Assembly: GCF_006345805.1 (NCBI RefSeq)
Contig: NW_021826239.1
Span: forward strand, 1 to 36,049
Source of the DNA: Octopus sinensis
Taxonomy: Eukaryota
Length of the DNA stretch: 36,049 nucleotides
Direction: 5' to 3'
Part shown: positions 12,001 through 24,719 of the stretch, piece by piece
Layout: every line of letters begins with the position of its first letter
Position numbering within the stretch: position 1 is the stretch's first letter
Notes under the pieces: generated by a model
Seen by the model: the letters and a program-made list of their open reading frames with translations, nothing else
Told to the model about the DNA's origin: nothing
Databases searched by the model: none
Translations under genes and position numbers: made by a program

Positions 12001-14320
12001 AGCTAGAGAGAGAGATGAGTGATTGGGGATGAAGAAAAACAGTAAAGATTCAGTTGATAAAAAATAACACACTTTTAGATCAATATATTCATTCACAACA
12101 CACTTCATGTGTGAATTACACGCTCAGCAAAATCTCAGCATATTGTCGATAAGGTTGTAAAAGTTTAGCCCAAGGTAAGCCCTCATCGAGTAATGATTTT
12201 TAACTGTTTCAGTTACAAACACTACTGTGTGCATGACAAGGGCGTTTTCATTAGACAGTAGGATGTGAGGTTGTAATTTGAGGGATATTAGGTTTGCATT
12301 TTTAGCAGTTCGAGAAACACGTAGACTCTCTCTCTCTCTCGTTGGCTTATATCGGCCATGCGGTGTTTAGTTCTTGTCAGCCCTGAACTAACAGAATAAC
12401 AATCATTGACGTTCTAGCTTGTGTCCACCGTCTTCTTTATTGAGCCGTAATGTATCCAGAACGATATTATTGAATATATTCTTACTTTTTAAGCTATTAG
12501 GAATGTGGTTTGAGGGAAATCTGAATCTATGGCGTTTTCCTTGGCTCGTATTGTCTTGCTGTTGTTTAACTCCAGTTCAACTTTATCGAGCAAACTTATG
12601 ATCAAAGACAGTCAAATCGTGACAATCCCGCCTTTTGTAGAAGAGTGTATCCATTATCCAGGGAATCTTTCCCCCTTTTTTAGGGTACGACCCGAAGGAA
12701 ATTGGTTGTTAGTTCAAGTAGCTCAAGCGACTTAGCAGAGGTTCACTTCATGTCTTGTAACATCCATCGGGTTGTTGTCAACTGACAGGCGATGCCAACT
12801 TAACAACAGGGGTGACAGAAAAGTACCTAAGGAAAGCGATTATTCTCCATATACAGGGTAAGGTCTAATATACATTAAATAGCGGCTTAGAAAACTTTGA
12901 TCAACTGAAATTATCTACATATCTAATCGATAAAACTTTTTAAAAATCCTTCTTCTGGAGGTGTTGCAAATTTATCCCAAACAAGTATGGGAGGTAACTC
13001 CAATAATATCAGCTAACCGAAATATTGAGGAAATAAACAACAGAAGTAAAAGTGGATCTTGTCTGTGAAAGGAACTAGTAAAAGCCAAGAACATGTTTCG
13101 GTATTATCAAACACCCATCAGCGAAGCATATTTTACTCAGTTGTTTCCATCATTCTGTTTAACATCACCACCTTCCACGGCGTCCACTCTTATTTTAAAG
13201 TATTCGGGTTAGGTCACTTCCCTCCTTTCCGCACCCTATTCTTGGTGTCCTTTAATGGTCCATGGGCACTGCTTTCCAACTTGACTAATGAAAATAAAAT
13301 ATAAAAAGACCTAGAAATTACCCTAAGACTTGCCAATTGAGTATAAGATATCTCGTGGAAAAGGTCTAATAAATAACATGAAATATGGGTGACCGATAAT
13401 AAAGTCACAACTTTATTCGAAGTGTCCACTGCTTTCACTATCTGCATTGCCTTTCTTAGAGATAATGAAGCTGATATTACTGTAATTATTGTTCATAGTT
13501 CATTGTTATTTTACTTAGAGTTTTAGACGTTCAAAAGATTTCTCAACTTATTGCCTTGAATAATCTCAATTAATCGAAGCTTTCCAACCAGTTTTGTGTG
13601 TGTGTGTGTTGCATATCTAAGACCAGTGCCGCCTTAAGCCATGGAGACAATGGCCAGTTGACTGGAAGCCATCACTTGTCTAGGAGCTCAATTCTGATTT
13701 GTGTTGTGGCCTGCTGTCAATAATTCAGTTCTACAGGGTCCAGTGGTATGATTTGCCCGGGTCCCATAATGGTGTTCTGTCACCCGAACGAACACGACCT
13801 TTCAAATAATACCATTTGGTCTATTCAGTACATTTATGTTCACACTGAAGAATGATAATATATTTTTGCAAATTCAAAAGTGAAGCGTATTTGGATTTAT
13901 AAATTCATTGAAACGTTTGGAAGGAATATTACATAAAGTTGGTCCATATGGACGTTTTAAATCTTCTTTGAGGCATTAGATTAAATATTCATGTTTCTGG
14001 CCATATATATTGCTGTATTATTATTATTTAAAAGGGAAGAAAATAGTACAAGACTTGTCGGAAAAAAAAATCACATCTCGATGGAAACCTGTTAAAAATT
14101 ATGATATAATTACGTTCATGTGCCTACACACACACATATATGTTCGGTTATATTTGTCTATTGCATAATGGTCGGTAGACTCCTTGTAATCAGAATAAAA
14201 TACATACATCATACATTTATTGCCCAAGAGAATGTATATTAACATAAATAAAATAAAAAATCCTGGAAAGAGAAAGTAAATGGAAACATGTATGTTGGTA
14301 ACGAATTTCTGACGTGTCGC

Positions 14321-14372
<52 letters not shown>

Positions 14373-14379
14373 TATAGAT

Positions 14380-14720
14380 ATGGTGATTGCCACTTCTTTA
14401 CAGAAGGCCATCTTATCAATTAGTAAATGCCGTGATGGGATCTTATATGATTAGCAAGTCTGCTTCTGGACGAATACGCCTTACTGCAGATATTACATTT
14501 TCAGGCAGTAAGGTGTCTGGAATTGAAGTCAAGTCCTGTTTACAAAGTGCTCGTTTTAAGATGGAGCGTTCGATTCTCAGTGTCTCAAATACTTCACAAC
14601 CACCGCAGATCACTTCTTTCCAAACCGATCGATTTTTCGTCATCTGCTCCCAGTCTTCAACATCCACACTAAAAGTCTTAAGATCGTTTTCGACAGCATC
14701 TCTAAAATGTTTCTTATGTT
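14380..14720 (-). mobile_element. 3' fragment of a different RTE (BovB/RTE-1-like) LINE with a terminal C2H2 finger
   Basis: KKHFRDAVENDLK...DWEQMTKNRSVWKEVI...FETLRI, then after a frameshift CNICSKAYSSRSRLANHIRSH (C-x2-C-x12-H-x3-H), a stop, a short UTR and a (TA)n run. Confidence 0.75.
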
Positions 14721-16834
14721 TATGTATATATAAGTATGTGTATGTATCGGGCAGTACATCACGTTCCATAAGACAGACATGTCTTTGAAAAGTAGCGACA
14801 AGATATGTTTATTCTGGAATGATTATTCACATATTAACAACACAATTTGAATGAGGAATTATGAAAGTAGGATAATATGATATAATATATACGAAAAAAA
14901 TACGAAACATTGTTGCATTCATATTTAAATATACTTACATTTGTTAGTGAAAAAAATTGCAACAAAGCAGACGATTAAGTTATCGGCAGCCATAGTATGG
15001 AACATTGCATGATGGGAGTTTTAACTAGGCTAATTTTTATTTGTTTCTTTATTTGTGTATTAGAATGCAACACTATTATTATTATTGTTGTTATGAATTT
15101 TTAAAAATATCAATATGATTTGTTGGAACACCAAAATTCTGAATTAATCTTTAAAAAATTGAATTAAAAAGCCAATTGTATTTCATTTTTAACTTTTAAC
15201 TGTTTAAGCGACAAAAAATGTAAAAGGTCACGGGAACGTTGATTTGACGACGAGGGTAGGCGAGGCAACTGGTTGGCGTCTTCCAAGTTATCATTTCTAG
15301 ATTATTCAAATGACTGAGAGGAAATTTAAATAACTTTTCTTGCTAAGTGTTGCTTATGAATCCACATAAGGTTAAAAAAAATCCGGGCGGAGACCAAGCC
15401 GCAAGGTAAGTTAAAAACATCTAAAAGCTAGGTATTTTTGTTTTCAAAAACAAAAACATTTGGTCTTATTAAGAGACTAACGTTAAGTTACAATTTTACC
15501 TCCTCCTCCTCACGCTATCCCTCTTTCATTCGATATTACTGCCACCACGTTACTCCTCTTACCTCTTTGTCTTTCTCTTTTTCACTGTCACTCTATTCTT
15601 ACCTTTCTTTTCCCTCAGACAGACACATTTACACTCAGACATATTACGCGCGCACACACACAACTTACAAACATATACACACACATAATATATATGTACA
15701 TATACAATGTCTACTCTAAATACCTTGGAAATTCTATATTATATAGTTTGTACACGCAAACAAATGTATGTATACATCGAACAAAATATTGGACTTTTCA
15801 TTAAAAGTCTAGTAATGAAAGAACCTCATAAACATTACACAACACACACATACACGTGTGTATACACAGACGTGTTTGTGTTATATATATATATATCCCC
15901 ACAAGCTGTATACACAGCCACCCAAATGTCTGCCTTCACTGTCACCAACATACCATTATCATCGTTATTGTACATGGCAACCAACCGATTATTGTTGCTC
16001 TTCTTAATAATGGATGGTGGAACCGTTTTTAGTCTAGGTTTGCATCCATGTCCTTGGTGGAGAAAGGCATGAACACTGTAACCTCTTGTTTTCTTCCAAC
16101 ACTCCCCTTTGTGTTGTTTTTTTTTTGTTTTATGAATATAGTTTCGTTTGGTTTTCTTTAGTGAACCCTCTCCTCCTTGTGGTCTTACGTCTGTCTATAT
16201 ACGCATGTACTTTAGGAAGTACAAATGAGAGAAAAGAGTACGCGACACGTAGTAAAACTTTAATTATTCGTGCGAAGGATCGCACCTAACGAAAGATCCC
16301 TGAGTAACCAACTCCAAATGAATAAGTAAAGAAATTAGTGCTAAATTTATGTGCGTTGCCGAGAGCTAGACGATGGTCGCAACCCCTGCTTTGACCCTCA
16401 ATCGCACCCACTTCTCTTCACTAGTGTCCCCCTCCCCTTTTTTTTATCTTCTTGTTTTCGAAAGGGGAAAACATGAATGTCACCGCATTTCATACCTTGA
16501 TTGTAACTGGAATGGAATCAGTGTGTGTTTATAAACGTAAGAGAACAGATGAGTTATGGTGCAGGCGATCTGTGTCAACGACCGGGTTTGTTTCGATTCC
16601 TGAAATTTTGCGCTTACGTCACTTATATTGCAATGTCCTTGACAAAAAGGCATGAACGTCACGCAATCTCATTTCTTCCACTTCTCCATACTCCCTTGCT
16701 GCCTATATAAGTAAAATAAATATTTGGCGGGCATCGTTGTGCGAACTGTTTTATCCTCCCCCCTACATATACTTTCACACAGACACATTCTCGCTAAATT
16801 GAGTCTACTAGCTCTTTATTATTATATTTGTCCT

Positions 16835-17080
16835 TTTGGTCAAAATACCTTGCGGTATTTAGTTGCGGCACTTTATATTCTGAGTTCAAATCCTACCCAT
16901 GTCAAGTTTATCTTCTTCATTCTATCGGGTTCGATAAACTAAGTACCTGATCAGTACGTGGGTTGATATACATTAGTAAAATCATCAAAGCGTCAAACAA
17001 AAAACACTTTGTGATATTTGTTGTCTAAGTTCCAGTTCTTCCGGGGCCGATAAAATTAAATACCATTCAGGTACTGGAGA
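16835..17080 (+). mobile_element. Decayed SINE family B pieces
   Basis: ttctgagttcaaatcc...tcttcattctatcgggttcgataaactaagtacc and a second ccggggccgataaaattaaataccatt. Confidence 0.6.
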
Positions 17081-17989
17081 ATTTATATGCTTATAATATA
17101 TTTGATTGTGAATGGCATAAATAGAAGAAATAAAACTTTAAAATAGTAAGTTTTCCACCTGTGTTTCATGCAACGGTAATTACGATTTTGAAAGATATCT
17201 TTTTCTAAAATTTAAAATTTTTCCACTTCTCCCTTCCCAGCTTTCGTAACCTTTTCCGGTAAATTTCGATAAATTTACCTCTTTTCCTTCCTCATGGCAG
17301 TAAGGAATAATCTTTTTCTGAAACTCCACAGTAACTTATTCTCGATCTAGAGGGGTCGGTTCATTTAATTTAACATCCAACCCAAATTGAATAGATTTAT
17401 GATCAAAGGACCTCCCAGCCATAATGGTCTCTATATACATTATTTTTTAAGCATTGTTAAGACTAAGTTAACCAACGTGTCAATCGCTTTTGAAAGCAGG
17501 TTTTATCTGAGGGAAATTTAGCTGCTATTTCTGGCAGGTGAAGGAATGACGCAATAGTTAATCTAGTCCTAGACGTAGAAAAAGACGCTAAGCTGGAACG
17601 TCTATGTATGTCTGCTCGATCTGGGCTGACCTGGGGTTAAGTAATACCATCAGCAACAACCCTTATGAATATTCCAGGTAATATTGATTGCCAATAGAAT
17701 TCCAACTTAAAAAATCGCACTGGACTTTTTTTTTTTGATACTAAGAAATATTTTCAGTCTGGGTCCCTCTCGTATAAATAAACGGAAGTCTTCATGCATA
17801 TTTCCTTTACATCGTGCATCGAAACTCTTTCAGTCTTTTCTTTCAAATTATATATTCTTTCATTTTATATAGACTTATGACGCAACCCCAAATGATTCAC
17901 AATTTCTATGAATATTTTACGGAGTAGTTTTGGTCTTTCTAAGACTGATGTTTCCTCGTGGAGTACACATATATCTTCTTACTGCGTGC

Positions 17990-17995
<6 letters not shown>

Positions 17996-18061
<66 letters not shown>

Positions 18062-18443
18062 GTGTATATATGTATGTGTATATGTATGTATGGTATAGTA
18101 TGTATGTGTATATATGTATGTATGTGTATATGTATGTATGTATGTGTATATGTATGTATGTATGTGTATATGTATGTATGTATATATGTATGTATGTATG
18201 TGTATATGTATGTATGGTATGTATGTGTATATGTATGTATGTGTATATATATGTATGTATGTATGTGTATATATATGTATGTATGTGTATATATATGTAT
18301 GTATGTATGTGTATATATATGTATGTATGTATGTGTATATATATGTATGTATGTATGTGTATATGTATGTATGTATGTATGTATGTGTATATGTATGTAT
18401 GTATGTATGTGTATATGTATGTGTGTATATGTATGTATATATA
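17996..18443. repeat. Compound microsatellite: (TA)n then (TATG)n/(TATGTG)n
   Basis: Directly visible; the source of the YVCM/HTYI pseudo-ORFs. Confidence 0.97.
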
Positions 18444-19514
18444 AATAAAATGTGTGTAGGTGTTTGTTTGTTTGTCTCTGAATATGTCTGTTGGCAGATA
18501 GCGATAAATCTAAATTTATATCTTTGGAATTGACGAATATATTTAAAGTTTTTCTATAAAACAAAATAACGATGAGCAATAGACGTAGATTTGCGGTTGT
18601 TGGTGACGATAATAGTAGTCGCGATACTCTGACGATTCTTGTTTCACTTCCGGTTTAAATCAATACTTTTACTTCAAAAATTTGCATCGAATTTCTAGTT
18701 GACATTATCTATATTACGTAGATTTGTATTAACCAAACACGTTGTTGAAACCTCTTTGTCGTTGTTGGCAGGTCCCTCGAATCTTCCCTGTGTTTTGCTC
18801 TTGTTGCAGACAACATAGTTCAATTTTTTTCTCGTTCTCTCCTTAATGATTCTGTTCAACTTCCGGCTGATAACATTTTTACGAAGATTTAAGATCGCAA
18901 CAAACTAAATGCCGTAAGGTGATAGCATTAAAAAAAAAGCCCAATCTGTATTCGCAACTCTTTCTATATGTGAAGCAGGTTTCTTTCCCCAGTTTCCTTG
19001 CTCGGCTTTATCATTATGCATTCAGTATTCAAAAATAATATCACATCTTAATGGAGGTCAGTGACAAAAACAAATGGTGTGTCGGAGTGAAATCTTTGCG
19101 ATTTTAATTACGTCTCTTCGTAAATTATGGTTTCAAATGTCGACAAGGACGACCACGCCAATTTTTAATCCTCCTAGACAAGAAAATACGTGCTCATTGT
19201 AATCTGGATCCATTCAGTTGATCATATCAACAACCCACAATTTGTGACAACTGCGAGAATTTTGGGACCTCATCGACGGTCCTCATCATACACGATGGCA
19301 TGATTAACTCCTACTTTAGGATATAAGAGAAGTGAAAGTGCAATGCGAAAACAAACAGGAAGTGACATTAGTAATATAAAAACGAAAGTAGGGAACTAAG
19401 GAAAAGTCGATTCAACCAGTTACATGATTAATCTCCAATAACTGAGCTTCATATGTAGGATTAGGTAATGAAAAGGCGTTTGGTACGCAGAAACTGTGTG
19501 GGTGTCCTTATATC

Positions 19515-19798
19515 CTATCTTTTACGTGTTTACGTCATCAGACTGCAGCCAAGCCGGGGCACTGCCTTGAAAGATTTTAGTCCAACAAATTGACCCCAGT
19601 ACTTACTTAAAAAAATACATGCGTACATACACACACTACAGGTGTCTTTCTGTTTCTGTCTAACAAATCTACTGAGAAAGCTTTGGTTGGCCTGAGATTA
19701 TAGTAGAAAACACTTCCCCAAGGTGCCATGCAGTAGGACTGACCCCAGAACCATGTGGTTGAGAAGCAAACTTCTTACCACACAGCCACATCTGCACC
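19515..19798 (-). mobile_element. SINE family A (internally deleted)
   Basis: Reverse complement of the SINE A head (19640-19798) and 3' end (19515-19610). Confidence 0.8.
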
Positions 19799-20025
19799 AT
19801 GTGTGTGTTTGCGTCCATCTTCCATTGCTTGAGTCATTCACTGTTTCTCCAAATGATGACATTTTTCAAACACACAGTTGAAGGGAGATGAATGCTAGCT
19901 ACCAAAAACATGTGACGGACTTGATCCCATCCCATTTCTGCAAACGCATGTTAGGATGAAGATTAGTTACCAGGAAACCCATTTTTGCAAATCAAATTTG
20001 TTTTATTGGAGAAAAATTTATATAA

Positions 20026-21066
20026 GCACAGGTGTGGCTGTGTGGTTAGAAGCTTGCTTCTCAACCACATGGTTCTGGGTTCAGTCCCACTGTGTGACAC
20101 TTTGGGTAAATGTCTTCTATTGTAGCTTCAGGCCAACCAAAGCCTTGTGAGTGAATTTGGTTGCTGGAAACAGAGAGAAGCCCATTGTATATACATATAT
20201 ATGTACAGGGTGCTGTGAATAAACTCGTCTAAATTACGCAAAAATGAAAATAACGCTGACATCTCATTTTAACAGATATATTTTCCAAAATTACATAAAG
20301 GACATCTTGAAATACTAAAGAGTAAATTTATTCAATAAAATCGCTATTGGTTTCAACCACGGCATCCAGATGACTTGAAAATCTCCTGCAACTGGGTTCT
20401 CCTGCTTGTGTGGCATGGTGCAAAGTCCTGTTGCTAGACACAGAGTATTTCAGCAGACACCCTCTTGACCCAGGGCAGTCACTTGATGTTGAGTCTGAGA
20501 CTGTGGGAAGATGAATAGAAGCATAACATTGCCATCACTAGTGATCACTCCAAACGTTATGATGTTGACTGGATGTTTGATTTTAATCACTCTCGGTACC
20601 TGACCTCAGATTGACGCCCAAGCACTCTGAAATATTCATGTTGGAGCTTCCGGCATGAATGCTTAGCAGTACAGCATGTTGTTTCTGAATTTCTAGCAGA
20701 GTGAATTGTGTCATGGTGATGTGTTTCTCACAGACATTGCCCAACTGACCTTACTATACTGTGTAGTCAACAAAATCAAAGACAATGTGCATGCGTGAAA
20801 TTATAAATATAAAATGGCGACAATTTACCCATCGCACCCTGTATATATTTGTGTATGTATGTGTCTGTGTTTGTCTCCCCACCATCGCTTGTCAACCAAT
20901 GCTGGTGTGTTTATGTCCCTGTAACTTAATAGTTTGGCAAAAGAGAGTGATAGAATAAGTACTAGACTTATAAAAAATATGTCCTGGGGTTGATTTCTTA
21001 AACTAAAACCCTTTAAGGCAGTGCTCTGGCATGGCTGCAGTCAAATGATTGAAACAAGTAAAAGGA
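20026..21066 (+). mobile_element. Full-length SINE family A split by the DNA transposon at 20206-20841
   Basis: Head at 20026-20200. The 3' half resumes at 20845 and ends ggcatggctgcagtcaaatgattgaaacaagtaaaagg. Confidence 0.88.
20206..20841 (-). mobile_element. Internally deleted Tc1/mariner (maT/DD37D-like) DNA transposon inserted inside a SINE
   Basis: TA|CAGGGTGC...GCACCCTG|TA termini. Minus-strand transposase remnants HPVNIITFGVITSDG, QQDFAPCHTSR and CRRFSSHLDAVVETNSDFIE*. Confidence 0.85.
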
Positions 21067-21179
21067 ATATATATATTTGTTATATTCAGCATGTTTCATA
21101 AACATGGAAAATTTATGAATTTTCATGGGGGTTCTGCCCACTTTAAGCCATCTGAAATTCAAACCAAACATATAGCATT

Positions 21180-21392
21180 ATACCCGCCCTTATGCATTGA
21201 ATCTAAGTTTCAAATATCATAAGGATCCATTCAGTAATTTTGGTCCATGAAATTGTATGAAACACACAACATTATCCTTCTCCCTAGGCATGGAATTTGT
21301 GTTCCAAATATCATTAGGATTGGTGCAGCAGTTTTCGAATGTATAAGTAACACACCAACACACATAAAGACATTGACTTTTATATAATAGGT
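21180..21392 (-). mobile_element. Probable Helitron/DINE-like 5' fragment
   Basis: Minus strand reads ctattatataaaagtcaatgtctttatgtgtgttgg...aaaactgctgcaccaatcctaatgatatttggaacac. The left boundary is approximate. Confidence 0.45.
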
Positions 21393-21489
21393 ATGAATAT
21401 ACAGATATGCATACATGTATATATATGTGTGTGTGTGTATTTTTATATATATATATATATATATATACATACATATACACACACATACA

Positions 21490-22152
21490 CACACAAAGAT
21501 AAATTGATAGATACAACTGAGTGGGCAAACAGAAATATGAGACACTGCCTAGTGCTTTTTTTAAAATTTTGATAAGCCTGGTAGTTATTCTAACAGTTTC
21601 TTCTTGTCAAACCAGTAAATTATGGGGATGTAAATAAACGAACAGCAGTTGTGAAGCAGCGATGAGGGAGAAACACAAAGACATACACTTACATATATAC
21701 ATACATATATATGTACGATTGATTTCTTTCAGTTTCTGTCTACGAAGTCGATGTATATATATACACACACACAAAAAGATAAATTGATAGATACAAGTGA
21801 GTGGGCAAACAAAAATGAGACACTGCCTAGTGCATTTTTTTATTTTGATAAGCCTGGTACTTATTCTATCAGTGTCTTCTTGTCAAATCAGTAAGTTATG
21901 GGGATGTAAATAAACGAACAGCAGTTGTGAAGCAGTGATGAGGGAGAAACACAGAGACAAAGACACATGCACATGCACTTACATATATACATATACAATT
22001 GATTTCTTTCAGTTTCTGTCTGCAAAATCCACTGACAAGGTTGGTCTGAGGCTATAGCAGACAATACATGCGAAGTCACCACACAGTGGGACTGAACCCA
22101 GGATCATGTGTTTTGGAACCAAGTTTGTTAACACAGAGCCACATCTGCACCT
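21490..22152 (-). repeat. Local tandem duplication (about 21490-21741 and 21772-22021) of a SINE A 3' half plus flank, followed by the SINE head
   Basis: aaagataaattgatagataca..gagtgggcaaac...gatttctttcagtttctgtct occurs twice in direct orientation. Confidence 0.85.
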
Positions 22153-22384
22153 GTGTGTGTGTGTGTGTATGGGTGTATATATATGTGTACATATTACATG
22201 TACATCTATATATACATCTACATGTGTACATATACATCTATATGTATATAAATGCATCTATACATATGCATCTATACATATACATATATACTTATACATC
22301 TATACATATACATGTATACTTATACATCTATACATATACATGTGTACATATACATCTATATATCTACATGTATCTATCTATCTA

Positions 22385-22421
<37 letters not shown>
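22152..22421. repeat. Compound (TG)n / (TACATC)n-like / (TA)n microsatellite
   Basis: Directly visible. Confidence 0.9.
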
Positions 22422-22423
<2 letters not shown>

Positions 22424-22425
<2 letters not shown>

Positions 22426-23225
22426 TTAAAATTAAGGATAAAATCTTTGTAAGAAATTATCAGTAGTTAGCGTGAAAAACCTCGTAAGAGAAAAAATCTG
22501 TAAATTTTTCCACTTTGAAAACATTTGTTTATATTATATAGAGGGTACTATTATTCATAGGTACCGCATGCTAGGAGGGACTCTTGTACCGAATGCAAAA
22601 CTTCAACGCAAGTCATTTAAAAACAGAATTTAGTTACATGTCACCTGTGATTTCGCAATCAATGCAGAATATGCATTCTATGCTCTTCAGTGCAATGAAC
22701 TCAAGACATGTAAGGAAAAAACACAATATAGCATACCTGACAGCCAACCGTAGAATTTGTCGTAGCATGTACGAATGTTTATCTTTACATATCTATGAAA
22801 ATGGCGGGCTTATTCGCAATGCATTTCGGTAACAATTTGCCTATTCGGAACAAAAATTCAGTATTGAACTATTCCGGTGAAAAATATAAATTTAAAATTA
22901 GGGATAAAATCTTTATAAGAAATTATCAGTAGTTAGCGTGAAAAACCTCGTAAGAGAAAAAATCTGTAATTTTTCCACTTTGAAAATATTTATTATATAT
23001 ATAGAGGGTACTATTATTCATAGGTACCGCATGCTAGGAGGGACTCTTGCAGTCAAAACTACTAAAATAAACAAATTGTACCGAATGCAAAACTTCAAAG
23101 CAAGTCATTTAAAAACAGAATTTAGTTACATATCACCTGTGATTTCGCAATCAATGCAGAATATGCATTGTTTTTTTAGTAGTTTTGACTGCAAGAGTCC
23201 CTCCTAGCATGTGGTACCTATAAAT
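22424..23225 (-). mobile_element. Penelope-like/retrozyme-like element: 1.6 tandem units plus an inverted fragment, carrying a hammerhead ribozyme
   Basis: Unit 1 is 22424-22889 and partial unit 2 is 22890-23169. 23169-23225 is the reverse complement of about 23016-23073. No credible ORF. Flanked by (TA)n. Confidence 0.75.
22634..22695 (-). ncRNA. Type I hammerhead ribozyme (U16.1C in this copy)
   Basis: Minus strand: UUGCA CUGAAGA GCAuagAAUGCA uauuc UGCAUUgauUGC GAAA UCAC ag GUGA CA UGUAA. The second repeat unit reads GUGA-UA (canonical NUH) at 23131-23136. Confidence 0.75.
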
Positions 23226-23295
23226 ATATATAAATATATATATATATATATAATATAATAATATTATTATAATATATAATATATATATATATATA

Positions 23296-23328
<33 letters not shown>

Positions 23329-24258
23329 AATATATATATAATATATATAAATATATAATATATAATATATATATATATATATAAATATATATAAATATAA
23401 TCATATATAATATAATATATTATATATATAAGATATATAAAATATATATATATATATATAATATATATATATAATCATATATATAAATATATATATATAT
23501 ATATAATATAATATATATATATATATATATAAATATATATTATATATATAATATAATATATATATATACTATATATAAATATATAATATATATATAATAT
23601 ATAAATATATAATATATATATATAATATAAATATATGGCACGTAAAAAGCACCCACTACACTCACGGAGTGGTTGGCGTTAGGAAGGGCATCCAGCCGTA
23701 GAAACACTGCCAGATTTGACTGGGCCTGATGAAGCCTTCTGGCTTCACAGACCCAGTAGAAACCGTCCAACCCATGCTAGCATGGAAAACGGACGCTAAA
23801 CGACGATGATGATAAATATATATATAATATTAAATATATATATATATATAATATAAATATATATATATATAATATAAATATATATATATATATAAGATAA
23901 ATATATATATATAATATAAATATATATATATATATTATATATAAAATATATATATATATATATAATATAAATATATATAAATATATATATATAAATATAT
24001 AAATATATAATATAATATATATAAATATATATATATATATAATATAAATATATATAAATAATATATTATATAAAATATATAATATATATATATATAATAT
24101 AAATATATATAAATAATATATATATAATAAATATATATAAATATATATATATATAAATTATATAAATAATATATATATAAATATATATATATATAAATAT
24201 ATATAAAGATATATATATATAAATATATATAAAATATATATATAAATATATATAAAAT

Positions 24259-24306
<48 letters not shown>

Positions 24307-24415
24307 TAATATATATATATATATATATAAATATATATATATATACATCTCTCTATATATATACATTTGTGCAGATGCATACATACACACATATATATAT
24401 ATATATTATATATAG
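23220..24415. repeat. About 1.2 kb degenerate (TA)n/(TAAA) low-complexity tract, interrupted by an RTE 3' end
   Basis: Almost only A/T outside 23636-23813. Confidence 0.97.
23636..23813 (+). mobile_element. RTE 3'-end-only insertion inside an AT microsatellite
   Basis: Near-identical to 9245-9425 (ggcacgtaaaaagcacccactacactcacggagtggttggcgttagg...aaacgacgatgatgat). Confidence 0.9.
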
Positions 24416-24439
24416 ATGTATGTATGCCTGTATATACGT

Positions 24440-24719
24440 GAGATAATAGTTTCAGTGTTAAAGTGAAAATATCTGATATTAAAATAGACAGATGTTATTG
24501 TTTCACTTTTGACATGTAATGCTGAAATAGTGGAGACAATATGACATTGCTGTGGGCTTGCACTAGGCAAGAAGTTAAAAAATGTTTTGGCCTATGACAC
24601 TACATGGACTCTGTGTAAAATTTGAATGAAATTGGTTGTGTGGTTCTCAAGTTTTAGGGATTCACACAGACACACAAACAGACAGACACACATTCTCATC
24701 CTTATATATATATATAGAT
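24440..24719 (-). mobile_element. 5' portion of a Helitron/DINE-like element
   Basis: Minus strand reads atctatatatatataaggatgagaatgtgtgtctgtctgtttgt...aaccaatttcattcaaattttacacag, a typical non-autonomous Helitron 5' end. The 3' end was not located. Confidence 0.55.

Noticed and set aside
13622-13775. Possible hAT-type MITE starting cagtgccgccttaa
   Set aside because: No matching right terminus or target-site duplication found.
17908-18579. Long ORFs of 139-220 aa on both strands
   Set aside because: They are translations of the (TA)n/(TATG)n microsatellite and have no coding signal.
23540-24390. Ile/Tyr-rich ORFs
   Set aside because: Artefacts of the AT-only low-complexity tract.
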